This document shows positions 47,379 through 56,995 of a DNA stretch of 64,000 bases, one piece after another (the stretch's first letter is position 1; the number at the start of each line of letters is the position of its first letter). The stretch comes from an uncultured delta proteobacterium (GTDB lineage: Bacteria; Desulfobacterota; Binatia; UBA9968), in NCBI GenBank assembly GCA_963745035.1, contig CAVUVW010000005.1:32001-96000 (forward strand). Direction: 5' to 3'. Made by a program: the position numbers and the translations under genes. The notes below the pieces were generated by a model, which was not told the DNA's origin, ran no database searches, and saw only the letters and a list, made by a program, of their open reading frames with translations.

Positions 47379-47606
47379 CTAGCTGTAAACCAAGCTATCT
47401 CGTGATCGCGTACAAATAACAATCGCGCGGTCGCCCGACATGGATGGCTGTATAATGTAACGGCGGAGAATCCCTTCGCGGGACATGCCGATTTTCTCCA
47501 GCGTGCGAGCTGAGGCGATGTTTTCCACATCGCAGAAAGCCTGAACCCTGAAAATAGCCGCCTGGCGCAGGGCGTGTTTGACCAAACAGCCTGCCGCTTC
47601 AGCCAT
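47379..47606 (-). pseudogene. C-terminal fragment of a RimJ-type GNAT acetyltransferase
   Basis: RVQAFCDVENIASARTLEKIGMSREGILRRY; no N-terminal half upstream. Confidence 0.65.
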
Positions 47607-47943
47607 GATGCCGCGGCGGAAGCGATGCAGCGTCTCGATCGGCTCAATGCCGAGCGCAGAAGGGCGGGCAAGCCCACCGCCGTGGTCGATCTCGCACTTT
47701 ACGTGGGGGAGGGTTCTCTACGGCAACGTCGGCGCCATCGACCGTCTCGACTTTCACCGTCATCGGCCCGGCGGTCAACGAAGTCGCGCGCATCGAAGCT
47801 TGTGCGAGCCGCTGGGGCGCAACGTGCTCATCTCCGCCGAGTTCGCGTCGCTGGTCGATGAGGGCCCGTCGGTTGGAGCCGCTCGGCCACCGTCCGCTCC
47901 GCGGTGTGCGCGAGCCAAGACAAGTCTATGCGCTCGATCTTGA
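47600..47943 (+). pseudogene. C-terminal fragment of a class III adenylate/guanylate cyclase
   Basis: VLYGNVGAIDRLDF, TVIGPAVNEVARIE, GRNVLISAEFA across frames; N-terminus missing. Confidence 0.7.
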
Positions 47944-48054
47944 CTCTAAGAAGAGAATCGGGCAGCGGTCGTTCCCGCTTGTTAGGATTTTGGGCAAAGC
48001 TGGGATCAGACTTGCCTAAGCCGCGAGCTGTTCGTAGTCGTCGATATTTGGATC

Positions 48055-48270
48055 TCAATCACTGCCAGAGAAGCGGTTGTCCTTGAGCGTTTTCCAGAGA
48101 TCGATCCGGACCTGCGGGTCGGAGAGATCGAGCTTGGTGCCGGTGCGATCGAACGGCTGCTCGGTCACCGGATCGCCGGGCATAAAGAGCGTGAACTGCT
48201 GATGCCATTGGCCGGTGCAGGGGATCTCCTCCTCGGTCAAATCTTTAACTTCGGGTGCCACTCGTTTCAT
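48055..48270 (-). CDS. 71-aa hypothetical protein
   Basis: MKRVAPEVKDLTEEEIPCTGQWHQQFTLFMPGDP...; GC3-rich codons like neighbouring genes. Confidence 0.6.
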   Translation of the reverse strand: MKRVAPEVKDLTEEEIPCTGQWHQQFTLFMPGDPVTEQPFDRTGTKLDLSDPQVRIDLWKTLKDNRFSGSD

Positions 48271-48371
48271 GCTTAAACCGTGTCGGGAAGTCGAGAAAAA
48301 AGTAGCGTTCATCGAGTCGCGAATTGCCCGCCGACGGCGCGAACGCGCTCTCCACTTTGAGAACATTGCGC

Positions 48372-49090
48372 TCAAGTTCTCGCCATCGCTCGGGCCATGC
48401 CGCCGAAATAGACGCGGTGGATGTCCATCGAATCCGTCGCGGTCGTGATCACGTCGTGCTCCCGCCCCGGCGCGACATACTTTTCCAGAACGTCGATGAA
48501 CATGTCCGAGTGCTTCACGTCGGCCTTGCTGTGCGCGGTGAAGTTGGGCATCTGGGCGGCGCTGAAGTTTAAATCGCGCGACCAGATCTTGTAGAGCCGG
48601 CTGCAGTTGCCGCCGCCGATGTCGCCCAACAGCCGATCGTCATTGGTCCACTCGGCGATGGTCGACGCCGCGATGGCTTCCTGCCACGGACGGGTGCGCG
48701 CGATCCAAAACCACGCGTACATGGCCGATTTGGTGGTGGGCAACGGCTCGGCGTTCATGACCTCGTCCACGCTCAACCCGACTTCTTTTCCCTGACGAAC
48801 GATGAGATCCATGTGGCCGATCTTGGAATGCTCGTCTTCGACCAGCTCCTCGTACTCGTGCTCCAAGATCCTTTGCTTGACCTCGAACTCCGGGCAGTTT
48901 GCCGCCACCTGGGGCCAATTGTTGCGCCGCTGGCGCGCATAGAGACCGAGCTGGCGCAGATAGATGCGCGCGCGCTCCGGGGTCATCTTCATCGCGTAGA
49001 AGTCTTCCATCTCGGGCGTGCGAAAGAAGTCTCTGACAACTTCACCGAGCGCCTGGCGCCATTGTTGTGCGTTAATTGACTATCCGCAAC
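48372..49090 (-). CDS. Heme-oxygenase-like diiron protein (TenA/PqqC/CADD superfamily); start uncertain
   Basis: EELVEDEHSKIGH, E in STIAEW, HSKADVKH ligand pattern; the frame extends upstream of 49010 (QQWRQALGEVVRDFF). Confidence 0.78.
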
Positions 49091-49317
49091 AATTCCAAAA
49101 TTGCACGACCGCCGACGGTACAATGCCAACGCGCCTAAAACCCTGGAAGGAATATAAATATAAATGAGCTGGACGTCGAGGCAGCCCCCCAACAGGCGGG
49201 GTGACGTCTTTGAGGTCAATGATCTTCGCTGTCATCCGACCCTAAGCCGGATAACAGCTCCTCGGTTAATCAAAGATAATTCCACGTGAAAAATTTACCC
49301 TGAAAGCCTTGACACGT

Positions 49318-49340
49318 TCAGTAAGTAAATGCTAACTAAC
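49318..49340. promoter_or_regulatory. Putative TetR operator overlapping the promoter
   Basis: AGTAAGT-AAAT-GCTAACT imperfect palindrome between TTGACA (49309) and the tetR ATG. Confidence 0.45.
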
Positions 49341-49342
49341 CG

Positions 49343-50035
49343 ATGATGTCGAGCGCTCCACGGCTGTCCGCGGAAGAGCGGAAGGAGGCGATTGTCGAGG
49401 CAGTGCGCGACGTCTTCGCCGAAAAGGGATTCGACGGCACCACGACCCGCGAGCTCGCCAAGGCCGCGGGGGTTTCCGAAGCGCTGCTGTACAAGCATTT
49501 TCCCAGCAAAGAGTCGCTCTACGCGGCGATGCTCGACGGCTGCGCCAAAGGCCCGACGTTCGCCGAAGCCAGCCGGATTCTCGAGCTCGAAGCCTCGACC
49601 TCGACGCTGGTCGTGATGGTGCATTTCATGATCTCGCACTACGTGCTCGGGCGCGCCGGGGATCTGCATCGCGCGGCGCTCAATGCGCTGTTGGTCCGAA
49701 GTCTGCTGGAGGACGGCGAGTTCGTCCGCTTGATGCACAAGAAGCTCGCCGCGGCGTGGGTCAAGAAATTCGAAGGCTGCCTGCATGCGGCGGCGCGGGC
49801 CGGCGAGCTGAACGACGTGCCGGTGCGCCGCGATCTCTGCGTGTGGTTGGTGCAGCACGTGGCGTTCTCGTTGATGCTGCACTTGCAGCCCAAGACGCCG
49901 GCGATCGACTACAAGGTATCGAAGGAAGAGCTGGTGTCCCAAGCGACCTGGTTCGGTTTATTGGGCATCGGCCTTAAACAGGAGGCGGTGCGGCGCTATT
50001 ATAATCCTAAGGCGCTGCGCTTGCTGGCGAGTTAA
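49343..50035 (+). CDS. TetR/AcrR-family regulator
   Basis: FAEKGFDGTTTRELAKAAGVSEALLYKHFPSKESLY. Confidence 0.93.
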   Translation: MMSSAPRLSAEERKEAIVEAVRDVFAEKGFDGTTTRELAKAAGVSEALLYKHFPSKESLYAAMLDGCAKGPTFAEASRILELEASTSTLVVMVHFMISHYVLGRAGDLHRAALNALLVRSLLEDGEFVRLMHKKLAAAWVKKFEGCLHAAARAGELNDVPVRRDLCVWLVQHVAFSLMLHLQPKTPAIDYKVSKEELVSQATWFGLLGIGLKQEAVRRYYNPKALRLLAS

Positions 50036-50110
50036 CGTCTCTCGCGGGGGAACGATTAATCTCCGCGAGAACGCTGGCAGTCCGGCCCCCGTTTCAGCGA
50101 CAACCGCATC

Positions 50111-50157
50111 GATTCCGGCTTGAGTTGATCCTGAGTACGGCGCAGGGCCGGAATGAC
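50111..50157. repeat. REP-like hairpin (GATTCCGGC...GCCGGAATGAC)
   Basis: Inverted arms with a TGAC tail. Confidence 0.55.
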
Positions 50158-50289
50158 GACAACAACGGTCGAGTAGTGCAGACCCCTGCCGGGAGCCGAG
50201 GGTCGTTCGATAATAATTTCACTTTTTGATTCCGCAGCCGGTAAGCAAAGATTTACCAGATTATTTTTGATCACTTTTTTGGAGGGCAG

Positions 50290-50718
50290 ATGAAAGCGCA
50301 GAATAGCAATGGAAACAGCGCTCCCCAGCGGAGCCACGGTTTGGACGAGCGGGTCGGCTCGCTGTTTCAGCCGGATACGCTCTTGGGCGAGGATTACGCC
50401 GCCAACTTTCGGCGCAAGATTCCGTTGGAGCCCGAGCGGATTCTTCTGCTCGCGATTCTCGAGGATGGCGTCCGCTGCTATCAGGAAAACCTGTTTGTCT
50501 CGGGCGGCAAAAGGCGGGCGTTGTTCGAGGAAGCGAAGGAATGGCTTTTCAGTGACGACGCGATGTGGTTCTGCTCGTTTGTCTCGATTTGCACGATGTT
50601 GAATCTGGATCCGAACTATATTCGCCGCGGTTTGCAGCAGTGGGAGAGCCGCGCGCGCAAGTCGGCGCCTGCAAAGCAGCGGAAAAGCGCCGCCAACGAG
50701 CAAAGGCTGGTCGCCTAG
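50290..50718 (+). CDS. Hypothetical protein
   Basis: GGAGG SD; motif LAILEDG..C.....EAKEWLFSDD...SFVSIC..L.LDP.YIRRGL. Confidence 0.8.
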   Translation: MKAQNSNGNSAPQRSHGLDERVGSLFQPDTLLGEDYAANFRRKIPLEPERILLLAILEDGVRCYQENLFVSGGKRRALFEEAKEWLFSDDAMWFCSFVSICTMLNLDPNYIRRGLQQWESRARKSAPAKQRKSAANEQRLVA

Positions 50719-50739
50719 CGTCATTGTATCGGGGGTTTC

Positions 50740-51906
50740 GTGGTCCATGCCGAAGTCGGTAGGCGCTGGATCGGATGCGCACCGCTTGGCCTCGCGCTGT
50801 TCGCTGCGTGCCTAGCCGTTGGCTGCGGCAAAGAATCGCAGCCCAATTTCGAACGGCCGCCGGCCCCGGTTGTGGTCGCCGCGGCCGTCGCCGAGGACGT
50901 TCCCATCTACATCGACGCGGTCGGCAAGATCGCTGCCCGCGAAGTCGTATCGATCCAGCCGCAGGTCTCCGGCCGCATCGTCAAGCTGCACTTCAGCGAC
51001 GGGGCCGACATCAAGATCGGTGATCTGCTTTTCACCATCGACCCGCGCCCGTATCAGGCACAGCTCAATCAAGCCGAGGCCAATCTCGCCGGCGCGGAAG
51101 CGGCGTTAGACCTGGCGAAGACCAATTTTGCCAGGGTGGAGGCCGTCAGTGACCCGCGTGCGGTTTCGCGCCAGGATTACGACGCGAAAAAAGCCGCCGT
51201 GGAGAGCGCAGAGGCCGAGGTCAGGCAAAACCGCGCGGCGGTAGAGACCGCGCGATTAAATCTCGAATATTGCACGATCCGCTCGCCGATCAACGGCCGG
51301 GCCGGACAGCGGCAGGTGGATGTTGGCAATGTGGTCTCGCCGAGCAATGGCTCACTCTTGGTCATTCAGAGACTCGATCCGATCTATGCCGATTTCACGA
51401 TCACCGAAAAAGATCTGAGCCGGGTGCAGCGCAACATGACGCAGCGCACCCTAAGAACCGAGGTGAGCCTGCCGGACGATGATGGCGCGCCGCGCGAGGG
51501 CAAGCTGACGTTTGTCGATAATTCGGTCCAGGAAGGCACCGGCACCGTAAAGCTTCGCGCGACGTTAGCCAACGGCGACCGGCGCTTCTGGCCGGGACGC
51601 TTTGCTAATGTCCGGCTGATCCTCGCCACTCAGGAGCAGGCCGTTTTGGTCCCGGCGGGGGCGCCGAATATGTCGGCGAAGGGTCCCTTCGTTTACGTCG
51701 TCAAGCCGGATTCCAGCGCAGAGCTCAGGCCCGTCACACCCGGGCAGCGCCAGGGCGAACTGATTGTCATCGAAAAGGGAGTCAAAGCGGGCGAGCGGGT
51801 CGTCGTGCAGGGCCAGCTCGGCGTCACCCCGGGAGGGAAGGTCAGCATCGCTAAACCGGCTGCGCCACAAAATGCGCCTGCGCCAACGCCGGAAACCAAG
51901 TCGTGA
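50740..51906 (+). CDS. RND efflux periplasmic adaptor (MdtA-like)
   Basis: Lipobox LAVGC, PQVSGRI, IRSPINGRAG, TGTVKLRA. Confidence 0.92.
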   Translation: MVHAEVGRRWIGCAPLGLALFAACLAVGCGKESQPNFERPPAPVVVAAAVAEDVPIYIDAVGKIAAREVVSIQPQVSGRIVKLHFSDGADIKIGDLLFTIDPRPYQAQLNQAEANLAGAEAALDLAKTNFARVEAVSDPRAVSRQDYDAKKAAVESAEAEVRQNRAAVETARLNLEYCTIRSPINGRAGQRQVDVGNVVSPSNGSLLVIQRLDPIYADFTITEKDLSRVQRNMTQRTLRTEVSLPDDDGAPREGKLTFVDNSVQEGTGTVKLRATLANGDRRFWPGRFANVRLILATQEQAVLVPAGAPNMSAKGPFVYVVKPDSSAELRPVTPGQRQGELIVIEKGVKAGERVVVQGQLGVTPGGKVSIAKPAAPQNAPAPTPETKS

Positions 51907-54900
51907 ACTTTTCGGAACGGTTCATACATCAGCCGGTCATGACGACGGTCCTGACGCTGTCGGTGATTCTGTTCGGCGTGCTCGCCTATTTTCAACTTCC
52001 GGTGAACGACTTGCCGGCGGTCGATTATCCGGTCATTCAAGTTCAAGCGAGCTACCCGGGCGCCAGCCCGGAGACCGTCGCCAACAACATCGCGACGCCG
52101 CTCGAACGCCAGTTCATGCAAATCAATGGACTCGAGCTGGTGACTTCGAAAAGCACGCAAGGCCATACCAGCCTGACCCTTCAGTTCGCGCTCAGCAAAA
52201 GCATCGATGCCGCGGCCACGGATGTGCAAACCGCCATCTCGCAGGCGACGGGCAGCCTGCCTGTCGATTTGCCGTCGCCGCCGACATTTTCAAAAACCAA
52301 TCCCAACGATCAGCCGATCATGTATATCGCTCTCACCAGCGACTCGGTGACCCGCGGGCAGCTCTACGATTATGGCAGTACGCAAATCGGCCAGCGGATC
52401 AGTATTTTGCCGGGAGTTTCGCGGGTCAACGTATTCGGCACCAAGTCGGCGATACGCATCAAGGCGAATCCATCCAAGATGTGGGCGCGCAATATCTCGG
52501 TCGACGATCTCACCGCCGCGGTGAAAAGCGGCACGAGCTACACCGGCGCGGGGCAATTCGACGACAAGAGCGGCACGATGCTGTTGCGGCCCCAGGGCCA
52601 GCTCGATAGCGCTGAGGCCTACGGCGATCTCATCGTCGGTTCGACCAACGGCGCGCCGGTTTATCTGCGCGACGTGGCTGAGGTGCGCGAATCCGTACAG
52701 GATGAGAGGCTGAACATGCGCTTTTGGGCGCGCGGCTATCCTGTGCCCGGCGCGACGGTGGTGCTCGCGGTTTTTCGTCAGGCCGGCGCCAATGCCGTCC
52801 AAGTCGCCGACAGCATCCGCGCCTTGCTGCCGCAGATCAGCGCCGAGCTGCCCGGTTCGGTGCGCATTACGCCGCTCTACGATCGCTCGCGCGGTATCGT
52901 CAATTCCGTAAAAGACGTGCAGGAGACCTTGCTGATCGCCTTCGTTTTGGTGGTGCTGGTCATATTTCTTTTTCTCGGCCGGGCCACCGACACCTTGATT
53001 CCCGCGGTGGCGCTGCCGATTTCCCTGCTGATCACCTTCGTGGTGATGCAGGTTCTCGGTTACAGCCTGGATAATCTTTCCTTGATGGCGCTGACCTTGG
53101 CGATCGGATTCCTGGTGGACGACGCCATCGTGTTCCTGGAAAACACCGTGCGCCGCATGGAGCAGGGCGAAGGCGCTCTGCAAGCGACGATTCAGAGCGC
53201 CAAAGAGATCAGCTTTACGATCATTTCGATGACGATCTCGCTCGCGGCCGTGTTCATACCTCTGGTGTTCATGTCAGGATTGGTAGGCCGGATTTTCCGC
53301 GAATTCGCGGTCACCATCGTGGTCGCGATCATTGCTTCGGGTCTCGTCTCGCTCACCCTCACGCCGCTCATGTGCGCGCGCCTGCTCAAGGACCGCGGAG
53401 AAGGGTCGCGGCGCACTTGGATGGAGCGCAGGATCGGCGCCTTCGAGAAGCGGGTGCTCGGCGGCTACGGCAGATCGCTGTCATGGTTTCTCGCGCGCCG
53501 CTGGATCTCGCTGGTGATCTGGGTCGTTTGCCTGGCCGGCACGATCGGATTGTTTATGGCGGTGCCGAAGGCGTTCCTGCCACCGGGAGACAGCAGCGTC
53601 GTTACCGGCGTCTTCATCGGGCGCGAAGGCGCCTCGCCCGAGGAAATGTATGCGATTCAGGAGCAGGTCGACGCCGTGCTGCTGCAGAATCCCAACGTCA
53701 TGGCCACCATCGAGGTTACGGGACTGGCTCAATTCATAGCATCTAACCAAGGAATCATGTTCACATTTCTTAAAGCCGCCCGCCGGCCGCGCGCCGATCC
53801 ATGAAGAGGCGGCAAAGCTAATGGGCGCCATGGCAAGAATTCCCGGGGTGATCGCGTTTCTTCGGCCATTTCCGGTCCTGGAAATCAGCACCGGCGCGAC
53901 CAACCAAAGCCAGGGCCAGTACCAGTTCTCTATTTCCGGGGTGAATCCCCCGCAGGTCTATGACGCCAGCGCAAAGCTATTGGCCAAGATGCACGAATAT
54001 CCAGGCTTTCTGACCGTGTCATCGGACTATTACAACAATACGCCAAGTCTCGATATCGAGCTCCGGCGCGAGCAGGCAAAGCTCAACGGCGTATCCGAGG
54101 CGCGCATTCTTACGCTGCTGCGCAACGCCTACTCGCAGAACTATCTCTATTTGATCAAGAAACCCGCGGATCAATATCAAGTGATCCTCGAAGCCGCAGA
54201 TGCCGCCCGCTCTACGGCGGAAGACTTGAGGCTGCTCTACATCCGCTCCGACGACGGCAAGCGGCTCGTGCCGCTCGACGCGCTGGTTAACTGGAAGCCA
54301 TCCTTGGGACCGCAGGCGGTCAACCATTTGAATCAATTCACCAGCGTCACGCTTTCCTTCAATCTCAAGCCCGGAGTTGCGATTGGCGACGCCACCGACT
54401 TTATCAATAACGCGGCAGCGCAAATCGTGCCTTCGAGTTTGCGCGCAAGTTTGCAAGGCGAGGCGCTGACTTTTCAAAACACGGTCCGCGACCTGACGAT
54501 TCTGATGGCTTTGGCGGTGTTCGTCATGTACGTGATCCTGGCAATTCTTTACGAAAGCTATCTTCATCCCTTGACCGTGCTCTCGACTTTGCCAACCGCG
54601 CTCGTCGGCGGACTGCTCACGCTCTATCTCTTCGGCGAGCAAGCCTCTTTGTATGCCTTCGTCGGGATGTTCATGTTGATGGGCATCGTCAAGAAGAACG
54701 GCATCATGATCATCGATTTCGCCATTCATCGCGTCGGCGCGGGGGAACCGGCGGTGCAAGCGATTCACGACGCAAGCATCGATCGTTTTCGACCGATCTT
54801 GATGACCACGCTTGCCGCTGTATTCGGCGCGCTGCCGATCGCCCTCGGCTGGGGCGCGGACGGCGCATCACGGCGCCCGCTGGGACTCGTTATCGTCGGC

Positions 54901-55053
54901 GGCTTGGTCGTGTCCCAGTTCATCACGCTATTCATCACGCCTGTGATTTATCTGTATTTCGAAGATTTCCAGGAAAAGGTCCTCGACCGCACTTCCTTCT
55001 TTCGCTCCTCGCGGACGAGAGCGACGGCAGGCCTAGCGCGCGAGCGCGACTAG
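51903..55053 (+). CDS. RND efflux permease (MdtB/C-like; frameshift near 53780)
   Basis: LPAVDYP, YPGASPE, GFLVDDAIV, GIVKKNGI, RFRPILMTT. Confidence 0.93.
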
Positions 55054-55151
55054 GAGTGGCGCGGGGGCCGGGCCAGTATTTCAGGCGTCGCCAATCGGGC
55101 GTTTGCTTTTCTTCGTGGAAACTTATAAAACCGTAACAGTTTCCTAAGTAT

Positions 55152-55814
55152 ATGAACCGCAAAACCGGCAAAAAAACCACGAGCGTCGCGGTGGTAGGCG
55201 GCGACGGCGCCGCCGCGCAGCGCATCGTCGCGGCGGCGCGGCGCCATTTCTTTGCTCACGGCATTCGCTCGGTGACCATGGACGACTTGGCCGCCGAGCT
55301 CGGCATGAGCAAGAAGACGCTTTACGCCGCCTTCCCGGGAAAGCGCGACGTGTTGCGCGCCGTGCTGTTGGAAAAGTTCCGCGACGTGGAAACGGATCTC
55401 GAGCAGGCGATGACCGGCGCCTCCACCGACGTGCTTGGCGCGCTCCACAAGCTGCTCGCCTGCATGCGCCATCACACCGACGAAATCCAGCCGTCGTTCG
55501 TGCGCGATATCCGGCGCGAGGCGCCTGAGTTCTTTAAATTGATCGAAGACCGGCGCCGCCGGCTTATCCAGCGCTATTTCGGCAGGCTCTTCGAGGCGGG
55601 CCAGAGCGCGGGAATCATCCGCAAGGATATCGCCACTCGATTGATGATCGAGATGTTGGTCGGCGTGACCGAAGCGATCATGAATCCGCCGAAGATGGCT
55701 GAGCTCGGATTAACGCCCAGGGCCGGCTACATCAGCGTGATCACGGTGATGCTCGAGGGGCTGCTGACGGAAAAAGGCAGGGCGGAGAAGGCTGCTGGAT
55801 TGGATCGACTATGA
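55152..55814 (+). CDS. TetR/AcrR-family regulator
   Basis: FFAHGIRSVTMDDLAAELGMSKKTLY. Confidence 0.92.
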   Translation: MNRKTGKKTTSVAVVGGDGAAAQRIVAAARRHFFAHGIRSVTMDDLAAELGMSKKTLYAAFPGKRDVLRAVLLEKFRDVETDLEQAMTGASTDVLGALHKLLACMRHHTDEIQPSFVRDIRREAPEFFKLIEDRRRRLIQRYFGRLFEAGQSAGIIRKDIATRLMIEMLVGVTEAIMNPPKMAELGLTPRAGYISVITVMLEGLLTEKGRAEKAAGLDRL

Positions 55815-56830
55815 AACGATCGGTGTGGATCGCGGTGATCGTCCTCGCGGCGCTGGCAGCCGGGGCGGCGATCTGGCGGTGGACTCGAAACGACAAGACC
55901 AGCGATGAGCTCGCGCTCTACGGCAATGTCGATCTGCGCCAAGTCGATCTCGCGTTCAACAACAGCGAGCGCATCGCGGCGGTGCTGGTGCAGGAAGGTG
56001 AGCGGGTGCGCAAGGGCCAAGTGCTCGCGCGGCTCGACACGGCTCGGATCGAGCCCCAGCTTGCGCAGGTCGAAGCGCAGGCGATGGCGCAGCGCCAGGT
56101 CGTGCAGCGACTGCGCAACGGCACCCGGCCCGAGGAAGTCGCGCAGGCACGCGCCAACGTCGATTCGGCACAGGCCGATCTGGTGAACGCGCGGCTGCAA
56201 CACGAACGGCTGCAGAGCGCCGCGGAGATCTCCGCCGGAAGGGCGGTCAGGCAGCAGGATGTCGACAACGCCAAGGCTGCGCTGCAGGTCGCCGAAGCAA
56301 AATTGGCGGTCAATCAAAAGGCCTTGGATTTGGCCGTCGCCGGCCCGCGCAAAGAAGAGATCGCCGAGAACGCGGCACTCTTGCGAGCCAGCGAGGCGCA
56401 GGCGGCGCTCTTGCGCCAGCAGCGCGCCGACTCGGAGCTGATCGCTCCCGTCGACGCTGTCGTGCGCACGCGCGCGATGGAGCCGGGCGAAATGGCGTCG
56501 CCGCAACGGACCGTATTCGCGCTCGCGATCACTGACCCGAAGTGGGTGCGCGTTTATGTTGCCGAGCCCGACTTGGGAAAAATTCGTCATGGCATGCCCG
56601 CCGCGGTGTCGGTGGATAGCTTTCCTGGCCGGCGCTTCGAAGGCTGGGTCGGATTCATTTCGCCCGTCGCCGAGTTCACGCCGAAATCCGTTCACACCGA
56701 AGAACTGCGCACCAGCCTCGTTTATGAAGTACGCGTCTTCGTCAAAGATCCGGACGACAACTTGCGCCTCGGCATGCCGGCGACAGCGTACTTGCAGATT
56801 GGAGAGACAAGCAAGGAGAAGGGGAGATAA
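55811..56830 (+). CDS. HlyD-family membrane fusion protein (YbhG-like)
   Basis: LYGNVDLRQVDLAF, WVRVYVAE, GFISPVAEFTPKSV. Confidence 0.92.
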   Translation: MKRSVWIAVIVLAALAAGAAIWRWTRNDKTSDELALYGNVDLRQVDLAFNNSERIAAVLVQEGERVRKGQVLARLDTARIEPQLAQVEAQAMAQRQVVQRLRNGTRPEEVAQARANVDSAQADLVNARLQHERLQSAAEISAGRAVRQQDVDNAKAALQVAEAKLAVNQKALDLAVAGPRKEEIAENAALLRASEAQAALLRQQRADSELIAPVDAVVRTRAMEPGEMASPQRTVFALAITDPKWVRVYVAEPDLGKIRHGMPAAVSVDSFPGRRFEGWVGFISPVAEFTPKSVHTEELRTSLVYEVRVFVKDPDDNLRLGMPATAYLQIGETSKEKGR

Positions 56831-56862
56831 GGAGACAAGGAGACCGGGAGACAGGGGGACGA
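56801..56862 (+). repeat. GGAGACAA-type 8-mer tandem repeat
   Basis: ggagagacaa gcaaggagaa ggggagataa ggagacaa ggagaccg ggagacag gggg. Confidence 0.75.
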
Positions 56863-56901
56863 GGAGTGCGAATGAGGATTCAACGAACGCGGCTATCCGA
56901 A

Positions 56902-56977
56902 GTCCATCATCCCGCATGTTTAAGCTGGAATCCAGGAATTCGGAACTGGACCCCCGATTAGAGCATTCGGGGGTGAC
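56902..56977. repeat. REP-like composite hairpin
   Basis: TCCAG..CTGGA and CCCCCGA..TCGGGGG-TGAC stems. Confidence 0.6.
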
Positions 56978-56995
56978 GTTTTAAGTAAGAGTTTT

